Assembly: GCA_964502375.1 (NCBI GenBank)
Contig: CAZCWN010000001.1
Coordinates: forward strand, 16,278 to 80,277
Direction of reading: 5' to 3'
DNA from: an uncultured Rhizobium sp.
GTDB lineage: Bacteria > Pseudomonadota > Alphaproteobacteria > Rickettsiales > UBA1997
Length of the DNA stretch: 64,000 nucleotides
Shown: positions 29,348-38,629 of the stretch, piece by piece
Layout of the letters: each line of letters begins with the position of its first letter
How positions within the stretch are numbered: the first letter of the stretch is position 1
Notes under the pieces: generated by a model
Told to the model about the DNA's origin: nothing
Seen by the model: the letters and a program-made list of their open reading frames with translations, nothing else
Database searches by the model: none
Made by a program: the position numbers and the translations under genes

Positions 29348-29459
29348 AATTGTAAAAGTTGTTAGACAGTTTGATTGCTTTGCTTGGGTTGCAATCAAAA
29401 AAAGCGCAAATATCGTCGCTCTGCTTTTCTATTTCCGACTAAAATTTATCCCCGAAATC

Positions 29460-31754
29460 ATGCTGAAAAATCGCTGCAAAAAAATATTATTTTGGGTAAT
29501 TTTTTTCCCACTTTTTTTCCAATCTTTCGGAGCTCTTTCCGAAGAGAAATTTATTGAAATTCGTGGGTTGGAAAGAATTGACGAAAGAACAGCCATGTCC
29601 TATATTGATGTGGCTGGATTGAAAAAAAATTCCCGTGAAGCACAGCAAAGGTCGCTTAAAAAACTTTATGAATCTGATCTCTTCCTAGAATCAAAAATTT
29701 ATCGTGAAGGCAAAAAAACAATAATCGAAGTGAAAGAAAATCCGATTGTTTCGGATGTAAAAATTGTGGGAAATAAAAAGATAGAAGATGAAATTCTTCA
29801 GAGCGAAATATCTTTGAAAAAACGGAGCGTTTACACCAAGGCTAAGCTGCAGAATGATATAAAACGTATCAATGACATCTATTTAAAATCTGGCCGCTTT
29901 TTAACCAAAGTTGAACCAAAAATTATTCAAAAAGAACAAAATCGCGTTGAAGTAATTTTTGATATTTCTGAAGGGCCAAAAGCAAAAATTTCAAAAATTT
30001 ATTTCGTAGGTAACACCGCTTTTGATAGAAAAGAATTGTTGGATGAAATTTCTACTAAACAATCTCATTGGATTAGATTTTTTTCTTCCTCTGATACCTA
30101 CGATTCCGATCGCATTGAATTTGATAAAGAAAAACTGCGCCGTTTCTATGGCTCACACGGTTATGCTGATTTCTCAGCCATTTCATCAATAGCCCAAATT
30201 TCACCTCAAAAAGATCGTTTTTTCGTAACGTTTTTATTAGAAGAAGGAATAAGATATAAAGTTGGCGAAGTCAGGATTGTCAACCATATAGACAAGTTTG
30301 ATGAAAAAATTCTGGATAAAGAAATTCTTATAAAAAAAGGGAAGTTTTATAACTCGGAATTGATCGACAAAACCGTGGATAAAATGGTGGAGGTTATGTC
30401 AGAAAAATCTTACGCTTTCGCCAATATCGAACCAGTTCTAAAGCGCAATCGCGACGAAAAAATTATCGATATTGACTTTGTGATTAACGAAACTCCGCGC
30501 ATTTATATCAATCGCATCATTATCAGTGGCAATACTAGAACTAAAGATGCCGTAATCCGTCGTGAAATCCGCTTACAAGAAGGTGATCCTTTTAATCTCA
30601 CTAAACTCAATCGCTCCAAGCAACGCCTGGAAAATTTAGGCTTTTTTGATAAAGTTGAATTTAATACTAAGCGTATTGGAGAAACCGATAAAGTTGATCT
30701 AGAAATTAATGTTAAAGAAAAAAAGACAGGCGAATTAACTCTTGGAATTGGCTTCTCAACCGTGAATAAGCTAAGCGCCAACGCCGGGGTAAAAGAACGC
30801 AATCTTTTGGGCACGGGAGAGGAGCTGGGATTTAACCTACAAAAATCTTATAGCAGCTTCAGCAGCGATATCAGCTACACTAAACCTTATTTCACCGGCC
30901 GTTCAATTGATGCAGGATTTGATCTCTATAAATACAAACTCGACAAGCGTAATACAGTAGTTTATAGCCAAGATACCTACGGCTTCACGCTTAGGGGCGA
31001 TTATATGATCACGGAATTTCTTGGTCACCAATTGCGCTATTTTCTAAATCAACAAACAGTCAGCGATGTTGATGAAAACGCTTCAATTAACATTCAAAAC
31101 TTAAAAGGCAGCTATCTTAATTCTGGTGTCGGACAAAGCTTCCTTTACGACAAGAGAGATAATAGAATAAATCCACGCGATGGTTATTATATATCGATTA
31201 GCCAAGATTATTCAGGTATTGGAGGTGACATTACAATGCTTAAGCACGAAGGTTCAGCCGGTTATTATATCCCAACCATTGACGAAAATTATATCTTAAA
31301 ATTTTTGGCGCGTGGCGGGATTGTGCAGGGGCTTGGAGAGGATGTACGAAGCAATTATGGTTTCTTTTTGGGTGGCAATAATTTCCGTGGTTTCGAATAT
31401 GCAGGTATGGGGCCCCGCACAATAACCGATGGCAGTGCCGTTGGCGGCAGCGTGATAGGTGGTAAGATTTATTATGTTGGTACAGCTGAATTTATGTTTC
31501 CTTTAGGGCTGCCAAAAGAATTGGGCATCAACGGAATTCTATTCAGCGATAACGGAACAGTGAAAGGCGTTGATGAGATAAGTAAACAATCAACGGAAGT
31601 TGCTGATTCAGGCTTGATTCGCTCATCTTATGGCCTCAGCATAGCCTGGGCATCACCGATGGGCCCAATAAGGCTGGATTTCTCCCGAGTGGCCAGAAAA
31701 GAAGATTACGATCAAACACAGAATTTTAGATTTAGTTTCGGAACAACTTTTTAA
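29460..31754 (+). CDS. bamA: outer membrane protein assembly factor BamA (Omp85)
   Basis: 764 aa with a signal peptide, five POTRA-like repeats (e.g. YINRIIISGNTRTKD.VIRRE) and a C-terminal beta-barrel ending in F.F.FG..F. Confidence 0.95.
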   Translation: MLKNRCKKILFWVIFFPLFFQSFGALSEEKFIEIRGLERIDERTAMSYIDVAGLKKNSREAQQRSLKKLYESDLFLESKIYREGKKTIIEVKENPIVSDVKIVGNKKIEDEILQSEISLKKRSVYTKAKLQNDIKRINDIYLKSGRFLTKVEPKIIQKEQNRVEVIFDISEGPKAKISKIYFVGNTAFDRKELLDEISTKQSHWIRFFSSSDTYDSDRIEFDKEKLRRFYGSHGYADFSAISSIAQISPQKDRFFVTFLLEEGIRYKVGEVRIVNHIDKFDEKILDKEILIKKGKFYNSELIDKTVDKMVEVMSEKSYAFANIEPVLKRNRDEKIIDIDFVINETPRIYINRIIISGNTRTKDAVIRREIRLQEGDPFNLTKLNRSKQRLENLGFFDKVEFNTKRIGETDKVDLEINVKEKKTGELTLGIGFSTVNKLSANAGVKERNLLGTGEELGFNLQKSYSSFSSDISYTKPYFTGRSIDAGFDLYKYKLDKRNTVVYSQDTYGFTLRGDYMITEFLGHQLRYFLNQQTVSDVDENASINIQNLKGSYLNSGVGQSFLYDKRDNRINPRDGYYISISQDYSGIGGDITMLKHEGSAGYYIPTIDENYILKFLARGGIVQGLGEDVRSNYGFFLGGNNFRGFEYAGMGPRTITDGSAVGGSVIGGKIYYVGTAEFMFPLGLPKELGINGILFSDNGTVKGVDEISKQSTEVADSGLIRSSYGLSIAWASPMGPIRLDFSRVARKEDYDQTQNFRFSFGTTF

Positions 31755-31763
31755 GGAGGATTC

Positions 31764-32714
31764 ATGATCCGCATTTTCCAACTACCGGAATATTCTCAGC
31801 AAAAAGTTTTGTCATTAGCTGAGGCTGAAAAGCTTGAAAAGGCTGTATGGCTCGATCTACAAAACCCTTCACCCGAAGAAATAAAGGAAGTGGAGGAATT
31901 TTATGGAATCAGCTTTCCAACTCGCCAACAACAAGAGGAAATTGAAATTAGTTCGCGCTATTTAGAAGATTCCGGCACGATCAGAATTAATTCAACTTTC
32001 CTGAACATCATCCCTCAAAGCGGTTTTTTAGAAGAAAACGAAATTTCTTTTATCATGACCGAAAAAGTGCTGCTCACTTTGAGATATTTTGACAGCAAGG
32101 TGATATTTGAAACCGTAAAAAAAATTAAACAATTTCCAAACACTTTTTCTAGCCCCTTAAAAATTTTCATCGCTATTGCTGAATCAAGAATCGATTACGA
32201 TGCCGATTTAATTGAATTAGTGTCAAAATATATCGCTGAAATTAGCAAAAAAATTAACTATAAACTAAATCTTGACGAGAAAATAATTCTAAAAATTAAC
32301 GAATGTCAGGATTTAACAATGTCGTTGCGCGAGGCCTTGTTTGACAAGCAGCGCGTAATCACTTCTTTACATCGCAATGAAAGTTTAATGGCTGAAAGCG
32401 AACATAGATTACGGATTATTATTAAAGATATCAGCTCTCTGATCGAACATGCCAATTTTAATTTCACCCGCTTGGAATATCTACAAAACAGCTTTCTTGG
32501 TTTGATTAACCTTGAACAAAATAAAGCGATTAAAATTTTTACCATAGCTTCTTTGACTTTCATGCCACCTACATTGATCGCAAGTATTTATGGTATGAAT
32601 TTTAAGGTAATGCCAGAGTTAGAGTGGGTGTTGGGCTATCCAGTAGCAATTATCCTGATGGGCCTTTCTTCAATTGCAACCTTGTGGGCTTTTAAGCTTA
32701 AGAAGTGGATTTAA
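31764..32714 (+). CDS. corA: CorA-family magnesium/cobalt transporter
   Basis: 316 aa with the YGMNF signature between two C-terminal TM helices. Confidence 0.9.
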   Translation: MIRIFQLPEYSQQKVLSLAEAEKLEKAVWLDLQNPSPEEIKEVEEFYGISFPTRQQQEEIEISSRYLEDSGTIRINSTFLNIIPQSGFLEENEISFIMTEKVLLTLRYFDSKVIFETVKKIKQFPNTFSSPLKIFIAIAESRIDYDADLIELVSKYIAEISKKINYKLNLDEKIILKINECQDLTMSLREALFDKQRVITSLHRNESLMAESEHRLRIIIKDISSLIEHANFNFTRLEYLQNSFLGLINLEQNKAIKIFTIASLTFMPPTLIASIYGMNFKVMPELEWVLGYPVAIILMGLSSIATLWAFKLKKWI

Positions 32715-33016
32715 GTGTAGCGGCTTTTGCTTAATTATCGTTCTGTAAAAAATATTTTTTGCCCACCACTATTCTGTTCTTACTTTACTAAAAAAACCTC
32801 AGGTTATCTTAAAACCTAGCCTAGCCCTCACCTGACTTAAAACCATGAGCTTTAAAATAAAACTCATTCAAGAATAAGCTGTAAAATAAGGTCTAAAAAA
32901 TCTTAGGGAGACAAAGCGAGCCGGTTTAACTAAGAACAAAACAATAGATTTATATACTCATTAAATATCCGCTATTCCACTGCATCCCAACTCACTTAGA
33001 GCAAAAGATAAGCCTC

Positions 33017-33961
33017 TTAAACTATCTTGCGTAAACGATTCATATAAATTGTTGCCCCAACCGCATCTAGGCTTTTCGAACTATCATTAATTTTATATTT
33101 ACCGCCGCGCGCGATTGGATAAGAAAAATCATCGCAAAAAACATCAAAGGAAATATCGTGATGATAGGAAGTTTCATGATCCCCAAACAAATCAAAGCGC
33201 ACTTCAACCTCTTCAAATTCTGCTTTCATGAAGCGTAAAATTTTCTGGGCCTTTTGTAATTCTAGGGCCAGTTCTTCTGATTTAGTTTGAGCAGAAACTT
33301 CTTCTACTAAGCCAGGTAAATTATCATTTAGAAGTGCAATCTTGCTGATTATTTCCCCATTTTTTTCATCCAGGTTTTTTACAAGAGAAATATTTTTCTT
33401 TCGCACCGCTTTAAGCAATTCTTCCTGATTATTAGCACCAATTTCACTAAGAAAAATTTCTAGAAAATCTGGTAAAGAAAATTCAATTAATAGCTTTTTG
33501 GCCTCTAATTTTTTTAGAACAGACAATAAAATTTTGATAATTTCGAAATTGGATTTTTCTTCGTCGCAACCAATGATCTCAACTCCCACCTGGGTCTGTT
33601 GGCGGTCAGCATAAAGCTCTTCACTTTTGGCACAAAGCACATCTCCAACATAGCAAAGCTTCAGAGGCAATTTTTCTTGTTTGAAGCGCGTGGCTAGAAG
33701 CCGTGCGATTTGCAGCGTTATGTCATTTCTAAAAATTAAATTTTTACCAGAAATTACGTCAACTGCTTCAAAAGAATTTTCAATTTCGTGATTTTGAAAA
33801 TTGTCTGAAAATTCAAGAAGGGGCGTTTTAATCAGGCGATATCCGGCTTCAAAAAATATATCCAAAGCAAGGTTAATATTTTTATGATTTTTTTCTGCCT
33901 CATCAAAAAGCAAATCATAGAATCCGATGGGAAGAAGAGGCGAATTTGGCTGTTTTTGCAT
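33017..33961 (-). CDS. hisZ: ATP phosphoribosyltransferase regulatory subunit HisZ-like (HisRS paralog)
   Basis: N-terminal LLP.GF.DLL..EA and GY..I.TP.LEF resemble HisZ/class II HisRS motif 1 context. At 314 aa it is shorter than typical HisZ. Confidence 0.7.
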   Translation of the reverse strand: MQKQPNSPLLPIGFYDLLFDEAEKNHKNINLALDIFFEAGYRLIKTPLLEFSDNFQNHEIENSFEAVDVISGKNLIFRNDITLQIARLLATRFKQEKLPLKLCYVGDVLCAKSEELYADRQQTQVGVEIIGCDEEKSNFEIIKILLSVLKKLEAKKLLIEFSLPDFLEIFLSEIGANNQEELLKAVRKKNISLVKNLDEKNGEIISKIALLNDNLPGLVEEVSAQTKSEELALELQKAQKILRFMKAEFEEVEVRFDLFGDHETSYHHDISFDVFCDDFSYPIARGGKYKINDSSKSLDAVGATIYMNRLRKIV

Positions 33962-33964
33962 GGC

Positions 33965-34849
33965 TTATTTATTTTTAAGAAACTGTTCTAATGCCAACAT
34001 GTCATGCCACGCCACCTTCTTTTTAGCGGGTTGGCGCAGTAAATAAGATGGATGAAAAATCGTAAAAGTTTTGATGGGGCGCGATAAAAATTTAGGTGAA
34101 AAATCCATAAATTGACCACGAATTTTGCTTACTGGATCATGAATATTAAGCACCGCGGTCATTGCCGTTGCGCCAACCAAAACCAGAACTTCCGGATTTA
34201 GAAGTTCAATATGGCGCTCAACAAAAGGCCGGCAAATTGCTAATTCTTCATCAGTTGGACGGCGATTGCCGGGAGGCCGCCAAAAAATCACATTAGTGAT
34301 ATAAAAATTTTCTTTGCGAGTCAGGTTTATAGCCGAAAACATTTCATCTAAAAGCTTCCCGGAATCACCACAGAATGGTATCCCTTGCAAATCTTCATTA
34401 TTACCTGGGGCCTCGCCAATCACCATAACTTTTGAATGAGGATTGCCATCGCAAAAGACTGTATTCGTGGCCATCTTTTTTAAATTACAGCCATCAAAAT
34501 TTTCTACCGCCTTGCGTAATTCGCTTAGATTTTGCGCTGCTGCAGCTGATTTTCTTGCCTGAGAAATAATTTCGTTTAACGACAAAAATTTCTGATTTTC
34601 ACCTTGCTGCGTGCCGGAACTAATAGCTCCTGTCAAAGATTGAGATTTTTTAGCCAAAGTTGAAAGTGCTTCAAATGTTGAAAATTGTGGTTTGATGAAA
34701 CTTTCAATTGTAGTTGGTTTTTCTACAACAAAATTTTTTTGTGCTTTGTCTTCTAGTAAAAAGTGATTTTGTGGTTTTTCAGAAATTATTTCCGCTAGAG
34801 CATTGTCGTGATGGAAGGAGAGTGCTTCGGCAAACTTAGAACTTTTCAT
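33965..34849 (-). CDS. uracil-DNA glycosylase, family 4, with N-terminal extension
   Basis: GEAPG..ED..G.PF.G..G.LLD motif and the later HPS.LLR block. About 120 aa of non-conserved N-terminus. Confidence 0.85.
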   Translation of the reverse strand: MKSSKFAEALSFHHDNALAEIISEKPQNHFLLEDKAQKNFVVEKPTTIESFIKPQFSTFEALSTLAKKSQSLTGAISSGTQQGENQKFLSLNEIISQARKSAAAAQNLSELRKAVENFDGCNLKKMATNTVFCDGNPHSKVMVIGEAPGNNEDLQGIPFCGDSGKLLDEMFSAINLTRKENFYITNVIFWRPPGNRRPTDEELAICRPFVERHIELLNPEVLVLVGATAMTAVLNIHDPVSKIRGQFMDFSPKFLSRPIKTFTIFHPSYLLRQPAKKKVAWHDMLALEQFLKNK

Positions 34850-35298
34850 TGTTTTACCACTTGTTTGATAAATTTCTGAAAATCTTCTGGTCTTTCAAAA
34901 TTTTTATAGACTGAAGCAAAGCGCACAAAGGCAACTTTATCAAGCTTATCCAAAGCCGTCATCACCATTTCGCCAATTTTTGAAGAAGCGATTTCTGTTT
35001 CATTTTCCATTTCAAGCTGACGCACAATATTGTTTACTAATTTTTCTACTTGCAGCTCTGAAACCGGTCGCTTGCGCACCGCCATCTCAATTGATTTTTT
35101 TAGTTTCTCTGGATCAAAAATTTTTTTCTCACCATTTTTTTTGATTACCAAAATTTCCCGCAATTGTACGCGTTCAAAAGTGGTGAACCGCGAGTCACAA
35201 GCCGAACAATAGCGCCGTCTCTTGATGGATTCCCCATCTTCAGAAATTCGGCTATCTTTGACTTGTGTTTCAATATTTCCGCAAAATGGACAACGCAT
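34846..35298 (-). CDS. nrdR: transcriptional repressor NrdR
   Basis: MRCPFCG...V.DSR...CDSRFTTFE zinc ribbon plus an ATP-cone. 150 aa. Confidence 0.95.
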   Translation of the reverse strand: MRCPFCGNIETQVKDSRISEDGESIKRRRYCSACDSRFTTFERVQLREILVIKKNGEKKIFDPEKLKKSIEMAVRKRPVSELQVEKLVNNIVRQLEMENETEIASSKIGEMVMTALDKLDKVAFVRFASVYKNFERPEDFQKFIKQVVKQ

Positions 35299-35390
35299 AT
35301 ATAAAGCCCTTCTAAATCTGTTAACTGCTCGAACCTGTCTTCTCTTACTTTTTCCTAATTACTCAAAATATGTCCTAACATTTCAAGCTT

Positions 35391-36486
35391 TTATAATTTT
35401 TCAGTCAATGCCGCCTTAATAAAACCATCCAACTCTCCATCTAACACAGATTGGACATTGCCAGTTTCAAAATCAGTGCGCAAATCTTTTACCAATTGGT
35501 AAGGATGCAAGACATAAGAACGAATTTGATGGCCCCAGCTATTATCCGTTTTTTGACTTTCTGATACTGCCAAAGCCTCCTGCTTTTTTTTCATTTCTAA
35601 TTCATAAAGCCTTGATTTTAGCATCTTCATACATTCAGCGCGATTGCGAAGCTGTGAACGATCACTTTGACATTGCACCACAATATTGGTTGGCAAATGC
35701 GTAATTCTAACCGCGGAATCAGTTTTATTAACATGCTGCCCGCCTGCGCCACTAGCCCGAAAAGTGTCAACACGCAAATCTTTTTCTTCAATGGTAATTT
35801 CAACTTCCTCATCAACTTCGGGATATGCCCATACTGAAGCAAAACTAGTCTGCCGCTTGCCATTAGCGTTAAATGGTGAGATGCGCACCAGCCTATGCAC
35901 ACCAGATTCCAACCGCAACCAACCGAAAGCGAAACGCCCCTGAATTTTTAATGTCGCAGAACGAACCCCCGCTTCTTCACCTTCCAAAATACTAACAATT
36001 TCCACTTTGAATTTGTGCAAATTGGCGAAGCGCTCATACATCCGAAGCAACATTAAAGCAAAATCACAAGAGTCAGTTCCGCCCGCACCAGCGTTGATGT
36101 CAAGAAAACAGTTATTGACATCATTTTCACCAGAAAAAAGGCACTCTATTTCAAAAGCATCAGAATTTTTTTTCAGTTCAGAGAGATTTTTTTCAATATC
36201 CAAAATAAGTTGTGCATCGCTTTCTGCCTTGGCCAAATCAAAATATTGGCGATTATCTTCCAAGCCATTTTTGATTAGCAAAAATTGATTTAATTTTTCT
36301 TCTAAAAGAGATTTCTCTTTAAGAATTTTTTGTGCTTCTAATTTATTTTCCCAAAGGGTGGGCTCTTCTGATTTTTTAATAATTTCCGCTAATTTAGCCT
36401 GTAATTTTTCTGGCTCAAAGACACCTCGCGATCAAGGACAGAGAGGCCTCGATCTGGGTTATTAAATTTTCGATTTCGGCACTCAT
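35391..36486 (-). CDS. prfB: peptide chain release factor 2, requiring a programmed +1 frameshift
   Basis: ORF1 runs from the ATG at 36486 to an in-frame TGA at 36417-36415 (MSAEIENLITQIEASLSLIARCL*). Shifting +1 after CTT continues as EPEKLQAKLAEIIKKSEEPTLWEN... into the 296-aa track ORF, which has SPF and GGQ ([19 protein letters not shown]). Confidence 0.95.
36414..36427 (-). promoter_or_regulatory. prfB +1 frameshift cassette GAGG-TGT-CTT-TGA-G
   Basis: On the minus strand a Shine-Dalgarno-like GAGG sits 3 nt before the slippery CTT, which is followed by the in-frame TGA. This is the same architecture as the E. coli prfB site (GGGGG-UAU-CUU-UGA-C). Confidence 0.85.
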
Positions 36487-36526
36487 GAGATAAAATATTG
36501 ATGTTTTTGGAAGGTAAAATATGGTC

Positions 36527-36550
36527 CGCGCGATTTTTCGCGCGATTTTT
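36527..36550. repeat. two perfect tandem copies of CGCGCGATTTTT
   Basis: Read directly in the 93-bp divergent prfB/lpdA intergenic region. The array ends 29 nt upstream of the lpdA ATG. Confidence 0.9.
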
Positions 36551-36579
36551 ATGCTCTTTTAATTTTTTTCTACAAAAAC

Positions 36580-38004
36580 ATGACAGTTACAGCTAAAAAA
36601 TTTGATCTTTGTGTTATTGGTGCCGGCCCTGGTGGGTATGTAGCCGCAATTCGTGCTGCACAATTAGGATTAAAAGTAGGTATTGTAGAAGCCAATCATT
36701 TAGGCGGAATTTGCTTGAATTGGGGCTGCATTCCAACTAAAGCACTTTTAAAATCTTCTGAAGTTAATCACTTGCTCCACAATATTGATTCTTTTGGCTT
36801 CAGCGCTGAAAAAATAAAATTTGATTTCACAAAAATTGTTGAACGCTCCCGCGCTGTGTCAAAGCGTTTGAGCAATGGCATTGCAGGCTTGATGAAGAAA
36901 AATAAAATCGAAGTTATTGACGGATTTGCCAAATTTTTAGATTCCAAAAAAATTTCCATTAGCCAGGAAGGCAAAGAAGTAGCCCAAGTTGAAGCCGGTT
37001 ATTTCATTATAGCCACAGGCGCTCGTGCCCGCGTGATTCCAGGAATGGAGCCGGATGGTGAAAATATTTGGACTTACCGCGAAGCCATGACTCCAAAGGC
37101 TTTACCAAAATCTTTGTTAGTTGTTGGCTCTGGCGCGATTGGAGCAGAATTCGCTTCTTTCTACAGAAATATGGGCTCAGAAGTCACTTTAATTGAAATG
37201 GCAGAAAATATTTTGCCTGTTGAAGATGAAGAAATTTCCAAATTAGCCCGCAAATCTTTCGAAAAGCAAGGCATTAAGATTCACACTTCTGCCTCTTTAA
37301 AATCTTTAAAAAAAGGCCAAGGCACTGTTACAGCCTCAGTTGAAATTGGGGGTAAAGTTGAAGAAATCAAAGCCGAGAAAGTTATTATGGCTGTAGGCAT
37401 AGTGGCCAATGTTGAGAATTTGGGGCTTGAAAAAACCAAAGTAAAATTGAACCAAGGCCGCCTTGAAACTAACGGATATTTAGAAACGGCAGATAGCAAT
37501 ATTTTTGCCATTGGTGATGTTGCTGGGGCCCCGTGGTTGGCGCATAAGGCCTCGCATGAAGGTGTTATAGCCGCTGAAAAAATCGCCAACAAAATCGGCA
37601 GATATGATGCTAAAAAAATCCATCCAATCAAAAAAGAAAACATCCCGGGCTGCACTTATTCAATGCCCCAAATTGCTTCTGTTGGCCTTACAGAAAAGAA
37701 AGCAAAAGAATTAGGCAAAAAAATTAAGGTGGGCCGCTTCCCTTACGCCGCCAATGGTAAAGCCATCGCAGCCGGTGAAACAGAAGGGTTGATTAAAGTG
37801 ATTTTTGATGAAAAAACCGGCGAGCTTCTGGGCGCACATTTGATTGGAGCCGAAGTTACAGAAATGATCCAAGGCTATGTAATTGCCAAACAAGCCGAAC
37901 TAACGGAAGAAGATTTAATGCATACAATTTTTGCTCATCCAACAATGTCGGAAATGATGCATGAAGCAGTTTTGGATGCTTATGGGAAGGTTATTCATTA
38001 TTAA
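36580..38004 (+). CDS. lpdA: dihydrolipoyl dehydrogenase (E3)
   Basis: 474 aa with FAD motif GAGPGGY, redox-active disulfide GGICLNWGCIPTK, NAD motif GSGAIG.E and a C-terminal HAHPT.SE dimerisation motif. Confidence 0.95.
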   Translation: MTVTAKKFDLCVIGAGPGGYVAAIRAAQLGLKVGIVEANHLGGICLNWGCIPTKALLKSSEVNHLLHNIDSFGFSAEKIKFDFTKIVERSRAVSKRLSNGIAGLMKKNKIEVIDGFAKFLDSKKISISQEGKEVAQVEAGYFIIATGARARVIPGMEPDGENIWTYREAMTPKALPKSLLVVGSGAIGAEFASFYRNMGSEVTLIEMAENILPVEDEEISKLARKSFEKQGIKIHTSASLKSLKKGQGTVTASVEIGGKVEEIKAEKVIMAVGIVANVENLGLEKTKVKLNQGRLETNGYLETADSNIFAIGDVAGAPWLAHKASHEGVIAAEKIANKIGRYDAKKIHPIKKENIPGCTYSMPQIASVGLTEKKAKELGKKIKVGRFPYAANGKAIAAGETEGLIKVIFDEKTGELLGAHLIGAEVTEMIQGYVIAKQAELTEEDLMHTIFAHPTMSEMMHEAVLDAYGKVIHY

Positions 38005-38050
38005 AAATTTGTTCCAAAATTTAACAAGAAAACAGGCGCGGTTAAACCGT

Positions 38051-38079
38051 TTGACAAACAAGTTTTGCCTTCATATTTT
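38051..38079 (+). promoter_or_regulatory. sigma-70-like promoter candidate (TTGACA-17 nt-TATTTT)
   Basis: Perfect -35 at 38051-38056, a 17-nt spacer, and a -10 TATTTT at 38074-38079. The predicted TSS near 38086 coincides with the start of a structured leader. Confidence 0.35.
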
Positions 38080-38084
38080 CCGCT

Positions 38085-38148
38085 CGCCTTTCATAGTTGT
38101 TCGCTTCTTATAGCTTTTGAGTCCTAGGCTTTAAAAGCTTGAAAGGCG
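38085..38148 (+). promoter_or_regulatory. structured 5' leader (nested helices) upstream of a small secreted-protein gene
   Basis: The outer 9-bp helix pairs CGCCTTTCA (38085-38093) with TGAAAGGCG (38140-38148). The inner 7-bp helix pairs AGCTTTT (38112-38118) with AAAAGCT (38133-38139) around a CCTAGG centre. Confidence 0.3.
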
Positions 38149-38216
38149 CCCAATTCCCCGAAAGAAATCCGTTCAGAAATGACTGGAAACTATCAAAACC
38201 TAAATACCTTAAAAAA

Positions 38217-38438
38217 ATGAAAAAAATTTCATTAATCATCGCTGCAGTTTCTATGCTTTTTGCCGCTTCTGCTAATGCACAGCAACCTACAAAAAACGAC
38301 ATGAAAGCTGCTGCTCCTCATGCTGATGTAAAAGCTGCTAATCCAGAAGCTGCTCCTGAAACTAAACCAGCTAAAAAGCACAAAAAGCACAAAAAACACG
38401 AAGAAAAAACTACTACAACTGAAGAAACTAAGAAGTAA
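38217..38438 (+). CDS. small secreted Lys/His-rich low-complexity protein (73 aa)
   Basis: The internal ATG gives the signal peptide MKKISLIIAAVSMLFAASANA|QQ. The mature part is AAP/KKHKKHKKH/TTTTEE-rich. A strong terminator follows. Confidence 0.55.
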   Translation: MKKISLIIAAVSMLFAASANAQQPTKNDMKAAAPHADVKAANPEAAPETKPAKKHKKHKKHEEKTTTTEETKK

Positions 38439-38461
38439 TTAATCACTCTTAGAAGTATTCT

Positions 38462-38495
38462 AACCAGGCCATCCAAAAGGTTGGCCTGGTTTTTT
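38462..38495 (+). terminator. rho-independent terminator
   Basis: AACCAGGCCA-tccaaaaggt-TGGCCTGGTT followed by TTTT, starting 24 nt after the stop codon. Confidence 0.75.
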
Positions 38496-38629
38496 ATTGA
38501 GATTTTCACTGAAGGATTTGCAAGGCTTTAAGTAAATACTTGCAAAAACCAAGCTTACAGCTAACTTGCTCGCCCCTTTATTTACTAATAGCTAACTGGC
38601 AAGCTTGGTTAATTAGTCAATTTTTTTAA

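Noticed and set aside
29375-29557. 60-aa ORF in the bamA upstream region
   Set aside because: It runs out of frame into the bamA start, has a basic low-complexity translation and no RBS. The bamA ATG at 29460, with its signal peptide, explains the region.
32945-32957. The 12-mer TAGATTTATATA shared with 19575-19586 (both in long convergent spacers), as a possible dispersed repeat
   Set aside because: This is one exact 12-mer of almost pure A/T in AT-rich spacers. My rough estimate of chance occurrence in the window is not negligible, and the flanks do not align convincingly.
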